In this document: in pieces, positions 51,166 through 61,090 of the stretch | Layout: the number at the start of each line of letters is the position of its first letter | Numbering within the stretch: position 1 is the stretch's first letter | NCBI GenBank assembly: GCA_963696385.1 | Contig: CAVOKF010000007.1 | Coordinates: forward strand, 128,001 to 192,000 | Length of the DNA: 64,000 nucleotides | Reading direction: 5' to 3' | Source of the DNA: an uncultured delta proteobacterium | GTDB lineage: Bacteria > Myxococcota_A > Polyangia > Polyangiales > Polyangiaceae | Notes under the pieces: generated by a model | Databases searched by the model: none | What the model was told of the DNA's origin: nothing | What the model saw: the letters and a program-made list of their open reading frames with translations, nothing else | Translations under genes and position numbers: made by a program

Positions 51166-52503
51166 TCATGACCACGCCGCGTAATCGAAATACGCGGCGT
51201 TGAAGTGCGATTCGCCGAAGTAGGGCATCTGCCCCGTGACGAAGAAGAGAACCGACTGCACCGGCGCAGGCGGGGTCGCCGCCGGGGGCGACGCCACGAG
51301 CGGGGCGGACGCCTGCATGTTCTGGCGGGTCTGAAAGAGCCAGATCATCTCGCCGCTCGACAGGTCAATCAGCGGATAGTCGAACGAGGCGCGGATCATC
51401 GCCTGGGCACGCGCCCCCTCGATGGCGATCGGGGCCTGGGTCATCGTGCCCGCTGCATTCACCACGCACCCCTGCCGAACCGGCAGCCCCTGGAAGAACG
51501 TGGCCAGGACGAATCCGGCCGGGAACGCCGACGAATAGATCGGCAAAAGGCCCAGAGGGGGAAGGTACTGAAACACGCTGGTCGCCACGACCGTGCCCGG
51601 CGTTGCCGCAATCAGCGACTGGACGTGATCCTGAAACTGCAAGAGGACAGCTTCGCCGAGAGCCGTGTAGCGGTCGCCCATGGGAAGCGTCGTGTCGTCG
51701 GTGTTGTCGGCCCGACCGACGCGGCGGCGCGCCGACCACATGTCCACGAAGGTGATGCCCGTGCCCGGGCTCCAGCCGACGACGGCCAGAGGCACTTGCG
51801 CATCGGTCAGGGTCGTCGGGCGGAGGCTCTCGATCAGGCCTTGCGGCGCGGGCGTGCCCTGCGGAAGCGACCCGCCAAACGGATTGACGAGCGGATCGGA
51901 GCCGAACCCGAAACATTGGGCGGCGACGAGGTTGCGCAGTTGCGCCGTATTGGCCAGATCGCTCGCGGAGACCGGGAGCTGCAAGAGCGCGAACTGGACG
52001 CCCTCGACGATGTATTTCGCGTTGCACTTGTCCGTCCCGTCCGAGAGCCCCAAAACCGGCGCCTGCCCGGTCGTCCCCGCGGCGGGGGCGATCGTCAGCA
52101 GATACACCCCGGCGGCCGTCAGGTAGGCGCCCGGCGCCGCCGGGGCGCATGGCGCAAACGGGGTCACGGTGGTTGCATTCGCGGCGGGGGCCGTTGGAGC
52201 GTAGAGGCCCACCACCGTGGTGTTGCCGAGCCGGATGGCGTCCCCGGCACGGTTGAAGGCCAGGCCGGCCCGCACCGTGACGGTGGGGACTGCGGAAGAG
52301 GGCGCAGGCAGCACCGCGGAGACCTCCAGGCCCTGGACCACTCCATCGCCGACGGCCCGTCCGAGGCGCGCGTCCGCGCGACGGTTCGCGGCTTGCTCTG
52401 TGGTCAGATCCTCGCCGCTCAGCAGCCGCCCGTTGAAGAATTTGATCGACTTGAGCGCCGTATCGAAGACGGGCGTCGTCACCGGGGTCACGGTCGCGGT
52501 CAT
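51166..52503 (-). CDS. eCIS baseplate/fibre-associated protein
   Basis: N-terminal FFNGRLLSGEDLTTEQ...GVVQGLEV...VTVRAGLA. Confidence 0.7.
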   Translation of the reverse strand: MTATVTPVTTPVFDTALKSIKFFNGRLLSGEDLTTEQAANRRADARLGRAVGDGVVQGLEVSAVLPAPSSAVPTVTVRAGLAFNRAGDAIRLGNTTVVGLYAPTAPAANATTVTPFAPCAPAAPGAYLTAAGVYLLTIAPAAGTTGQAPVLGLSDGTDKCNAKYIVEGVQFALLQLPVSASDLANTAQLRNLVAAQCFGFGSDPLVNPFGGSLPQGTPAPQGLIESLRPTTLTDAQVPLAVVGWSPGTGITFVDMWSARRRVGRADNTDDTTLPMGDRYTALGEAVLLQFQDHVQSLIAATPGTVVATSVFQYLPPLGLLPIYSSAFPAGFVLATFFQGLPVRQGCVVNAAGTMTQAPIAIEGARAQAMIRASFDYPLIDLSSGEMIWLFQTRQNMQASAPLVASPPAATPPAPVQSVLFFVTGQMPYFGESHFNAAYFDYAAWS

Positions 52504-52521
52504 GGCCTTGCCTCCCCTGCC

Positions 52522-53883
52522 TCAGGACCCGACCAGGGCGTTGATTTCAATCAAGAGGTTGAGGCCCGCGACGTTCGTCGGCGTCGGCGCGGCGCCATTC
52601 ACGAAGACCGCGATCGTGCAACCGGGGGGCTGGGTCGAAATCGAAGTCACGACCAGCGTGACCACGTGCGGAAGGGCCACCGGGGAGGTGGCCACGAAGG
52701 GAAGAGCCTTGATGATGTATTGCGTTCCGATCGCCGGATGGTCCGGAAAGCTGACATAAACCTCGCCCGTGGCACCCCACCACGCCTGAAGGCCCGACCC
52801 GGCGGCGGCGGCCGGCGAACCCGATTGGATCGGCACGAGTCCGGCGGCCACGAGTCGGTAGCGCGCGAAGCTCGCCAGGCTCGCAATCCACGCCTCCTTG
52901 AGCATGTCGAGCGGAAGCAGAAACGGCCGTGTGGTGTCGACTCGAACCGCGGTGGTGGAGTCGAGCGCCCAGAGGCCGGTCAACGATTGCGCCACCGGCA
53001 GATCGATCGTCGCAAGCAGAATGCCCGTTTCCCGGGGTACGGCGTCGGCGGAGGATGGGCCGGCGAGCAAGCTGCGCAGGGTCGTCGCGTAAAGCTGCAA
53101 GGCGGCGCGATAGACCTCCGGCGCTGTGGCGGTGCCGATCGTGATCCCGGAAGGCGGCGCCGGCGGGAGCGAGAGCGGGACTGCGGGGGGCGAAGAGGAG
53201 ACACCGAACGACGCCTTCATGGCTGCGATGACGGCGGCGGGTGAGCTGCCCGACCCCACGGCCGCGGGCACCTGGGCGAGCCACCGGATGACCGCCCACA
53301 TGCCCGGCTCCTCGGTCGGGGCGGGGGGCGTGAGACACAAATCGAGGCTGAAGCCGTCGGTCACCCGCGACGGGGCCACGGCCTCGTTCGCCGTGCGGCA
53401 CGGCTCGCCCGGGATTGGGACCTGGTCGGTCAGGCAGGGTTTGTAACGAAGGACTGTGTAGAGGGTGACTGTGCCCCGCCCCGGGGCCGCGGGCGGGGAT
53501 GCGGACGTCGACACGGGAGGCGATCCGGGTGGCGATCCGACGCGGAGGCTCGTCGCGACGGTCGTCTGGTTGTTCTTGACCCAGTCGTCCAGTACGGCGC
53601 ACTGGGCGCTCGGCACGCGGACGATCTGCCCGTGCGGAGTCAGCGCGACCCCGGGCTGCACGACGAGCTCGGTCGTTCCGCTCGCAGGCTGCACGGTCAC
53701 GTCGAGCCCGCGCACCGTCCCGGCGCCGATGAGGTCGCGCGCCGCCCATTGGTCGCGCGCCGCGTGATAGACGAATTCTTGCTGGAAGTCGTCCACCCCG
53801 AGAACCATCCCGAGCGTGTAGTTAACGTGCTTGCTCGGGTTGAGGGGCGCGGGGGTCGGAGTGACTGTCGAGAAGGCCGTCAT
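52522..53883 (-). CDS. eCIS baseplate/fibre-associated protein (N-terminus paralogous to the neighbour)
   Basis: HVNYTLGMVLGVDDFQQE...GTVRGLDV...VQPGVALTPHGQ. Confidence 0.7.
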   Translation of the reverse strand: MTAFSTVTPTPAPLNPSKHVNYTLGMVLGVDDFQQEFVYHAARDQWAARDLIGAGTVRGLDVTVQPASGTTELVVQPGVALTPHGQIVRVPSAQCAVLDDWVKNNQTTVATSLRVGSPPGSPPVSTSASPPAAPGRGTVTLYTVLRYKPCLTDQVPIPGEPCRTANEAVAPSRVTDGFSLDLCLTPPAPTEEPGMWAVIRWLAQVPAAVGSGSSPAAVIAAMKASFGVSSSPPAVPLSLPPAPPSGITIGTATAPEVYRAALQLYATTLRSLLAGPSSADAVPRETGILLATIDLPVAQSLTGLWALDSTTAVRVDTTRPFLLPLDMLKEAWIASLASFARYRLVAAGLVPIQSGSPAAAAGSGLQAWWGATGEVYVSFPDHPAIGTQYIIKALPFVATSPVALPHVVTLVVTSISTQPPGCTIAVFVNGAAPTPTNVAGLNLLIEINALVGS

Positions 53884-53892
53884 CGTCGTCTC

Positions 53893-56658
53893 CTAAGCGT
53901 TCGATCCCGGACCGAGAGGATTGCGACCGGCGACGTCGCGGTGGGTGGCGTCTTGAGGGAATCCCGGCGCCAGGTGGCCTTCGAGCAGGTAGCCGTAACC
54001 GAGCACCATGGACGGGGCGAGATCGGGCATGCGGCTGCCCTGCTGGAGGAGCGTGTCGTAGCCGAGACGGGCCTGACCGATGCTGAACATGGCCCAGTAG
54101 AAGCTCACGTCGAAGACCGTGTGCGCCGGCTTCTCGAGCTTCACCAGCCGCTTGATCAGATCCAGCTGCTGCTTCTGTGCCGGAGTGTCCGACGACATGC
54201 CGGCAGGCAGTGGAATGAGCACCCGGAAGCGGTGCGCGTTCTGTGCGATCGGAAGGACGATGCCCTCGAACTGAAACCAGTCGACGAGCGGCGGGCCGTC
54301 CGGCGGGAGCGTTGTGGGCAGCGAGACGGCGGCCAGCGAAACGTACGACGTTCCGTACGTCGTGTTGAAGTTGGCGAGGCTCGGATACCGCCGCTGCAGA
54401 AAGAGCGTCCAGCGCGCCTGGTCGGTCGTCGTCGCCGAGGGCACGAACCCGAGCGTGGCGGTCGCGAAGGCGGTCCACGCTGCCGCCGTGGCGCTGTCGG
54501 TGGGCGCCGTGACGGGAAAGGTCGTCTGCACGGCCAGACCCGCCGCCGTGGCCGCCGCGCTCCAGAGCGTGACGAGCGCATCGCCACCGAGCGACGGATT
54601 CCACGTGTTCGTGGGCGGCGCCGGGCCGAAGATCGAAGGCGTCGACGGCTCGGCCGCGACCGAGGGCGGCGTGACGCGCGTCGTGAACTGCTCGACGATG
54701 CGCGTACCCGACGGGCGGGGGTTGTCGGTATTCGTGAAGATCGCGTCGCAGGGATTTTGCGATAGCACCAGATCGAGCGCCATCTGGATGCCGCGCACCG
54801 TGCCGCGCCACTGAAAGAAGTCCATCGCGTGCCGGATGAAGAGCCGCTGCCGTACGTTGTCCCACGTGGGGTCCATCGAGACGCCGAACCATGCGGCGAG
54901 CCACGCGAGCGTGTCGTATGGCGCGATGCGCGGGTCGAAGAGCTCCTGGACGGCGGCCACGCGATCTTCAATCGGCGTGAGCAGGCCCTCGAAGTTCGCC
55001 ATGAACCGATCGAGCAGACCGACCGTGTCGTTGTCGGTGTACGCCGCCGGCATGTATTGCTTGACATACGAAAAGCGCGGGTAATAGGCGCGCATCGCGC
55101 GGATGCGCGGAGACGACCGCGCGTTGCCGCTCAGCGTGATCTGGAGCTGCAGGTACCGCCCCCTGGCTTGCTGAAACAGAAGCTCGTACGACGAGAGGCC
55201 CGCCGACAGCACGGTGAACGGCAGCTCGATGCCTTCGGTGCGCAGGTACAGCCGCGGGGGTTCGGGCAGAAAAGGGCTTTCGGATAGCGTTTGCGGGTCG
55301 TCGGCCGCGCGGCTCTGAATCTGGATGCTCGTGCCGAGAGGCATGGCCGCATCCAGAATCAGGCGATGCCACACGCACCCGGGAAGACCTGCGTCGAACA
55401 CCGGTGTGGTGATCGTGCCGCTCGTCACGTATTGCGGCCGCTTCTGCATCACGAGCGGAATAAACCAATCGGTAAAGTCGTAATACGGCGTCCCGTTTGC
55501 GTAGAAGATCGCCCGGCCCCCAAAGCGCCGCATCGGGTAGTAGTCGGGAAGCGGCTGAAGCTCGAGGCCGCCGCCCGACGTCGACGAGGCCGCGAAGGCC
55601 AAGCTCTGGGCGCCGACTGCGAGCGCGACGAGCACCTGGCCGGAGAGCGGATCGGAGCTGCCGGGTGTGGGGACGAAGGCGAGGTCCTGGCCGGTGAAGG
55701 TCATCGTCACGCCCTGGGGCAAGAGCGGGGCGATCGCGTCCACCGGAAACGGGGCGTCGATCCGCACGCTGCCGCGATAGCGTTCGATGCATGACGTCGC
55801 GGCGCCGCCGAGATCGAGGATCAGCACGGTGCCGTCCGGCAGGGCCTCGATCGCGATGGGGTTCGTCGCAGACAGCGGCGACCCGCCGTCTTTCACTTGG
55901 CCCGGCGGCGAATCGAGATCGGGCTTGCCTTGCGGCGGGCTACCCGCGAGCGGCTGGAACGAATCCGTTCGCCCCCGGCTCGCCGGCGCCGGGTCGTCGC
56001 CACGGCACACGGCGAAGTTTGCGTCGAGCGACCAGTATCGCCTGTTGACCGGGTCCAGGATGAAGACCCCGCCACCGGGCGCCGCCGCCATGTCGAAGGG
56101 CGCGAAGGGCACGTCCTCGGGCCACAGCAGAATGCGGGGTTCGCCGCCCCGATACAGGTCGAAGAGGATGAGCGCGGCGGGATCCGTGCCGCCGACGACG
56201 AGGTAATGACGCCTCGTGACGGCGAGCCCGGACAGCATGCGGGGCACCGGAGCCGCCGGAGCGACCAGGTCCCCAAAGCCGCTTGGGCGTGCGGCGGGAG
56301 CTTCCGGCTTGCCGGGGGGCCAGAACGTCGTCAGCGTCTGGTCGCCCGACGACAGGACGAGGATCTGGGTGTTCGTGGGGTCGATGAAATAGAAGTTTCC
56401 GAACCAATCGGCCGCCGCGCCTCGACGGTTGGACGGCAAGAGCCCCGGATCGTCAGGATTCGGGGGGAACGCGTACAGCTGCGGCCAGAGGGTCAACTGG
56501 TGGCGCTTCGGGTCCCAGTAGAAGTCGGTGGCGACCGGAGGCGAGGGCGGTGACCCCAGCGCGTTCCACGCATTCGACAGCGGCGAGCCGCCCTCCAGGC
56601 AGCTCGCCCAGTCGTTCTCCCCCAAGAGGAGCTGATACTGCGTGCCGTTCGCGTCCAC
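53893..56658 (-). CDS. Phage tail (P2 gpI-like wedge) protein with N-terminal beta-propeller-like region
   Basis: YMPAAY, LDRFMANFE, FDP..AP...LAWLAAWFG, RGTVRGI, LEKPAHT. Confidence 0.85.
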   Translation of the reverse strand: MDANGTQYQLLLGENDWASCLEGGSPLSNAWNALGSPPSPPVATDFYWDPKRHQLTLWPQLYAFPPNPDDPGLLPSNRRGAAADWFGNFYFIDPTNTQILVLSSGDQTLTTFWPPGKPEAPAARPSGFGDLVAPAAPVPRMLSGLAVTRRHYLVVGGTDPAALILFDLYRGGEPRILLWPEDVPFAPFDMAAAPGGGVFILDPVNRRYWSLDANFAVCRGDDPAPASRGRTDSFQPLAGSPPQGKPDLDSPPGQVKDGGSPLSATNPIAIEALPDGTVLILDLGGAATSCIERYRGSVRIDAPFPVDAIAPLLPQGVTMTFTGQDLAFVPTPGSSDPLSGQVLVALAVGAQSLAFAASSTSGGGLELQPLPDYYPMRRFGGRAIFYANGTPYYDFTDWFIPLVMQKRPQYVTSGTITTPVFDAGLPGCVWHRLILDAAMPLGTSIQIQSRAADDPQTLSESPFLPEPPRLYLRTEGIELPFTVLSAGLSSYELLFQQARGRYLQLQITLSGNARSSPRIRAMRAYYPRFSYVKQYMPAAYTDNDTVGLLDRFMANFEGLLTPIEDRVAAVQELFDPRIAPYDTLAWLAAWFGVSMDPTWDNVRQRLFIRHAMDFFQWRGTVRGIQMALDLVLSQNPCDAIFTNTDNPRPSGTRIVEQFTTRVTPPSVAAEPSTPSIFGPAPPTNTWNPSLGGDALVTLWSAAATAAGLAVQTTFPVTAPTDSATAAAWTAFATATLGFVPSATTTDQARWTLFLQRRYPSLANFNTTYGTSYVSLAAVSLPTTLPPDGPPLVDWFQFEGIVLPIAQNAHRFRVLIPLPAGMSSDTPAQKQQLDLIKRLVKLEKPAHTVFDVSFYWAMFSIGQARLGYDTLLQQGSRMPDLAPSMVLGYGYLLEGHLAPGFPQDATHRDVAGRNPLGPGSNA

Positions 56659-56659
56659 G

Positions 56660-58974
56660 TCAGCAGTCCTTCGGAACGACCGGTACGGCGACGACGAGCG
56701 GGGCGGTCGGCACGGTCCCCGTCGTCACGGGCTGTCCCTGCAACGAGGCAATGGAGATCGGGATCCCCTGTGCCCACGGAGAGGCCTGCGAGACAAGGCA
56801 GAATCCAGGCCCGTCATCGGAACCTGGGTGACGGAGTTCCCGTCGGAGCCGGCGAGCAGCACGCTGTTGACGAGCAGCACGCCGCTCACGCGGCTGGCCA
56901 CGGCCGAGGCCTCGAGAGCCACGACGGCCTTTCCGAGCGGCCAGCCGTTGGTCACCTGAAGCATGGACGGGGACGCCGTCTGGTCGATCGGCACGGTGTC
57001 CGGCAGAAGCGATGTGCCGGGCGGGGGCAGGGGAGAGAAAAACTGGACGAGCGCCGCTTTCACGGCCGCAATCACGTCGGTGAGACTCTGGCCGGGCACG
57101 ACGGCGATGCCAACCGAGACCCAGATGTTGACGTAGGTCGGACCCGAGATGAAGACCTCGGTCGTGACCAGCCGGCGCGGATCGAGCCACGCGGCGATCG
57201 CGCTGAGAAAGCTCTGCGACGGCATGGGCGCGTTGGGGTTGACCGGGTCGTAGCTGGGCAGGACCATCAAGGTCACGACGCCGGGCGCGTCGCCGGGTGC
57301 GTTGGGCGACAGCGAGGGGTCGAACGCGGCGAGCACGTCGATTCGCCCGATCGACACCCCCGGCGTTCTCAGCGCAATGCACTGGAAGTCGGCCTGGGTG
57401 ACGAGCCGGTCGCGGTGCTGCAGATAGCGCGTGATCTGCTTGACGCCGTCGTCGGCTGTCTCGGCGTTCGCGCCTCCCCATGTGCTCACCGGGTTTGCCA
57501 CCGTCACGCCGGCCGGCAGCGCGGGGCCCGTGCTGATCGATCCGGCAGCCACGTTGCCGGCGGCCCCGACCGAGTAGTCGTAGTTGGCCGAGATCGTCGC
57601 GTTCAGGGGCGGCCTCGCCCCGTGGCTACCGTCGCCGAAGGTGATCGTTCCGGCCTCCGGATCCAGCAGGAACACGTCGGTCGGCAGGTTCTGGGGCGTC
57701 TGGGTGCCCGGCGGAAGGCTGGGGTCGACGACCGGAACCTCCGGGCCGGCCGCCATGAGATCGTCGATCGCGGCCCACGTTTCGGATGGGCCCGTCGGGG
57801 GGGTGACGGTGACCTGCACCGACCCCGCGATCACCGGCGGGTTCTTCAGCGTCACGACCTGGCTGGGCATGCCGGTGCCGCCGGGCAGCACCTCCCCCGT
57901 GACGTGCGTCAGCTGCGTCACCCTGGCCGCGTTCGCGCCCATCCACAGGATGTCGACGTCCGTCGGCGAGATCACGCTGACCCGTATCCAGGTGATGAGC
58001 CGAGCCGCGAGCGTCGTGTCGTCGAGGGCCGGCGGATATTGCGCGACTCCGGCCTCCAGTGGATCGAGGTCGGTCCAGGTGTAGAGCTGATCGGCCGACG
58101 GCAGGACCATCTCGATGACGCCGGGCGCGGAGAGCACGTCGCCGTCGGGTGCCACGCTGACCTGGCGATAGGAAGCCGTCCCCGTGGTCACGGGGAGTCC
58201 GCCGCTGAAGGCTGGGAAGTAGAACCCGAGCACCGAGTTCAGATCCGACGCGCCGACGGGGTTCGGTGTCAGATCCACGGCCGCCGAGCTCGGCGCGAGG
58301 ATCCCGGGAACCATCCCCAGGCTCAAGGTCCGACCCGCGATCTGGCTCCGGATGCCGTCGATGTTGCCGGCGTCCACCGCGCGGGCGAAGATCGCGATCC
58401 AGACCGTTCCGTCGACGGTGTCGGCGTTGAGATCGACGCTGGCCGCGCCCCCAGGCCCCAGCGTAGAAACCTCGTAGAGAGCCAGAGTCTGCGGAGGGGC
58501 CATCGTCGGAGCCGTGTACGAGGCGTAGAGCTGGCTGTAGTAGTCCTGGATGGTCGTATCCGTCGCCGTGTAGGGCTGCTTGAAGTAGACGCCCGTCTCG
58601 ATGGGCAGGACGTTGACCCCCTCTGCGGTGCGAAACGGCACCTGGCCGGCGTCCACCTCCATGTCCTGGGTCAGGGGGAAGACGACGGGCGGACCGTTCG
58701 CGTTCGTGAACGCGACCAGGCCTTGCGCGGCCGCCGCCGGCGACAAAGGCATCCCGAGCAGCTGCAAAAACTTGATCTGGTTGCGGTCGGGGATCTGATT
58801 GCAGCGATACAGAAGACTCTCGGTCAGAAACGAAAGGACGCCGACGATCGTGATCCCCGGATCGCTCTGGTTGTAGTTGGTCCACTCCGGCGTGTGCACG
58901 GAGATGCGCGCCACGGCCTCGTTGAAGAGGTCCTGGTACTTGCGCGAATCGAGCGGCGGAGCGGTCAGCGGCAT
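56660..58974 (-). CDS. Baseplate J/gp6-like assembly protein (two apparent +1 frameshifts near the 3' end)
   Basis: P.LD.R.YQDL..E, PEWTNYNQSDPGIT, ITFGDG.HGARPP, GAAGNV, RLVT..DF, RRLVTTE; corrected end GLDLPCLAGLSVGTGDPISIASLQG...PVVPKDC*. Confidence 0.88.
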
Positions 58975-58981
58975 CGGGCCC

Positions 58982-59371
58982 TCAGGAAAGCGTGACGCTC
59001 AAGCCGATGGTCTGCTGGGTCTGCGTGGCCACCAGCGTGTACGTGACGGTCGCGATGGCGCTCTGCAGATCGTTCGGATCCTGGTTGACGCTCACCGACT
59101 GCACGGCGATGCGCGGCTCCCACTGCGTGAGCGCCTTGGTGATGAGGCTCTGGATGAGCGTGCGCGTGGCGGCCGTGTTCGGCTCGAAGAGGATCGACCG
59201 CAGTCCGCCGCCGAAGGCGGGCAGCATGACCCGCTCGCCCGGTTCGGTCATCAGGATGACCATGATGGCCTCGCGGATGTTCTTTTCTCCCGCCGACCAT
59301 GCGATCTGCCCGTTGGGGCCGACGCGGAACGGGAACGACACGCCGCGACCGAGGACGGTTCCTGCATCCAT
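58982..59371 (-). CDS. GPW/gp25 family baseplate protein
   Basis: LGRGVSFPF, IREAI..IL.TEPGERVM.P.FG, WEPRI. Confidence 0.95.
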   Translation of the reverse strand: MDAGTVLGRGVSFPFRVGPNGQIAWSAGEKNIREAIMVILMTEPGERVMLPAFGGGLRSILFEPNTAATRTLIQSLITKALTQWEPRIAVQSVSVNQDPNDLQSAIATVTYTLVATQTQQTIGLSVTLS

Positions 59372-59374
59372 GGC

Positions 59375-61090
59375 TCATGCCTCGTCCGAATCCGACCCGC
59401 TCGCGGCGGAGACGACCCCGCTCGGCACCGGAAGACAGATTTTCAAGAACGGAAGCCACCAGAAGACGAAGTTGAGCGCAATGGCGATCATGAACATCAG
59501 GATGAATGAGATGATCACCAGGATCTGAAACGAGAAGCAGCAGATCTCGCCCATGCCGAGGGCCCCCGCGGGGCCGACTTGTCCGTTCACGACGTTCTTC
59601 AGATTGGACGCCTGGTTGACTTGCTGCAAAAACTGGGGGCTCATCAGAAATCCGATGCCCTTCGGGAATTTGCGAAGCGCCGCGGGGCTGGTGTCAAACG
59701 GCATGGCGATCCGAATCTGGCGCGCCGGCGCGTCGGAATCGAAGAAGGGCGCGATCATGAACCGCTGGCTCCGATCGCTGAGGATCGATGGGTAGAGCGC
59801 GGCGAACTGCTCGCGCTTGAGGGCGCAGCGCTGAAAGACGCAGCGCACGACGTACAGCGCGCCGGCGTCGAGCTTGGGCACGACCTGCGTCGCCGCCACG
59901 GCGTCGGGAGGATCGAAGGGCTGATTTTCGTCGACGATGGCGGCGGCAAGCAACGCGCTGAGCAAATAGCCGGTGGCAGGCGCACTGGCGCCGGGCGCAG
60001 GATCAGGCAGGATCGCCTGCGCCGTGCTTCGGTCGCTGTAGTAGAGATTGAACGCGGGGGTCGTGAGCTGCGACGCAGGCGATCCGGGCGCATCGATCGT
60101 GCTTTGGGCGGCCGATGCCGCCCGAAGGGCCGCTGCCCATGTCACTCCCGTCGTCGTGTCCGCGACCGCCGCCACAAGCTGCGTGTAGAGCTGCGTCTGG
60201 GGTGCCCCGGTCGGAGCTGCCGCAGCCGGATTCATAATGGCCGCATAGACGTCGGGTACGTACTTCTGCAGAATCTCGGCCAGGTCGAGCATCAAGAACG
60301 CGGAGGCGTCGATCAAAAGGGCCATGGCCGGATCGGGCGACGGCGGCGGCGATCCGATCGAGGCATTGGCGATGGCCCCGTACGGATCGACCACCCGGGT
60401 GCTCGCCTCGAGCACGCGCGGGTCCACGCCACCCGCGGGCGGCGACGACGGCGCGGAGGTCGTCGGTGCCGCGGCGAGCGTGTCGCGGCTCGACGTGGGA
60501 ATGAGCCCCGCGTGCAGCCGTCGCGCGGGGGTTGAGCCCGGAACGAAGACCGGAAAAAGCGGGATCAGCTCCTCGTTCGGCGCGAGCTGGGGCCGTCTGG
60601 GATGCTGCGTCACCAGTTGCCACGCGAACTGCGTCGGGTCCGACGGATACGCGGGATTGGGGACCCACGCCATCTCGCGCCCCTGGGGGTCGAGCTTGCG
60701 AAGCACGAAGAAGGTCCGCTCCTGGTTGGCGACCTTGAGCGCGTGGTCCGGAAGGCCAATCTGCTGGCAGACGAAGCTCGCGGCCACCATGTAGAAACGC
60801 CCGTGGACCGGCTGAAAGAGCTTCAGCGGGAGCGGAGGACTCCCTTGGGAAGGACTGTAAGGCGGGGAGCCGAGCCGCGGGGTTCCCGCCGGAGGCACCC
60901 GCGCGCTCTCCCATTGGGCCACGGGCAGGGTGGGCGGGGTTTGCGCGAGCGCCTGGGTGAGCTCGGTCACGAACTGATCGGACTTGAACTCGAGCAGCGC
61001 CGGGCGGCGCATGGTCACCGAGTCGACCGGCCCCGACGGCCAGAGCGGAGCCGGCGCAACCCACTCGAGCTTGTGCGGCTGCGTGTTCAT
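59375..61090 (-). CDS. Hypothetical eCIS protein with C-terminal hydrophobic segment
   Basis: LKLFQPVHGRFY, FFDSDAPARQIRI, ICCFSFQILVIISFILMFMIAIALNFVFWWLPF; 4-bp overlap with the spike gene. Confidence 0.8.
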   Translation of the reverse strand: MNTQPHKLEWVAPAPLWPSGPVDSVTMRRPALLEFKSDQFVTELTQALAQTPPTLPVAQWESARVPPAGTPRLGSPPYSPSQGSPPLPLKLFQPVHGRFYMVAASFVCQQIGLPDHALKVANQERTFFVLRKLDPQGREMAWVPNPAYPSDPTQFAWQLVTQHPRRPQLAPNEELIPLFPVFVPGSTPARRLHAGLIPTSSRDTLAAAPTTSAPSSPPAGGVDPRVLEASTRVVDPYGAIANASIGSPPPSPDPAMALLIDASAFLMLDLAEILQKYVPDVYAAIMNPAAAAPTGAPQTQLYTQLVAAVADTTTGVTWAAALRAASAAQSTIDAPGSPASQLTTPAFNLYYSDRSTAQAILPDPAPGASAPATGYLLSALLAAAIVDENQPFDPPDAVAATQVVPKLDAGALYVVRCVFQRCALKREQFAALYPSILSDRSQRFMIAPFFDSDAPARQIRIAMPFDTSPAALRKFPKGIGFLMSPQFLQQVNQASNLKNVVNGQVGPAGALGMGEICCFSFQILVIISFILMFMIAIALNFVFWWLPFLKICLPVPSGVVSAASGSDSDEA

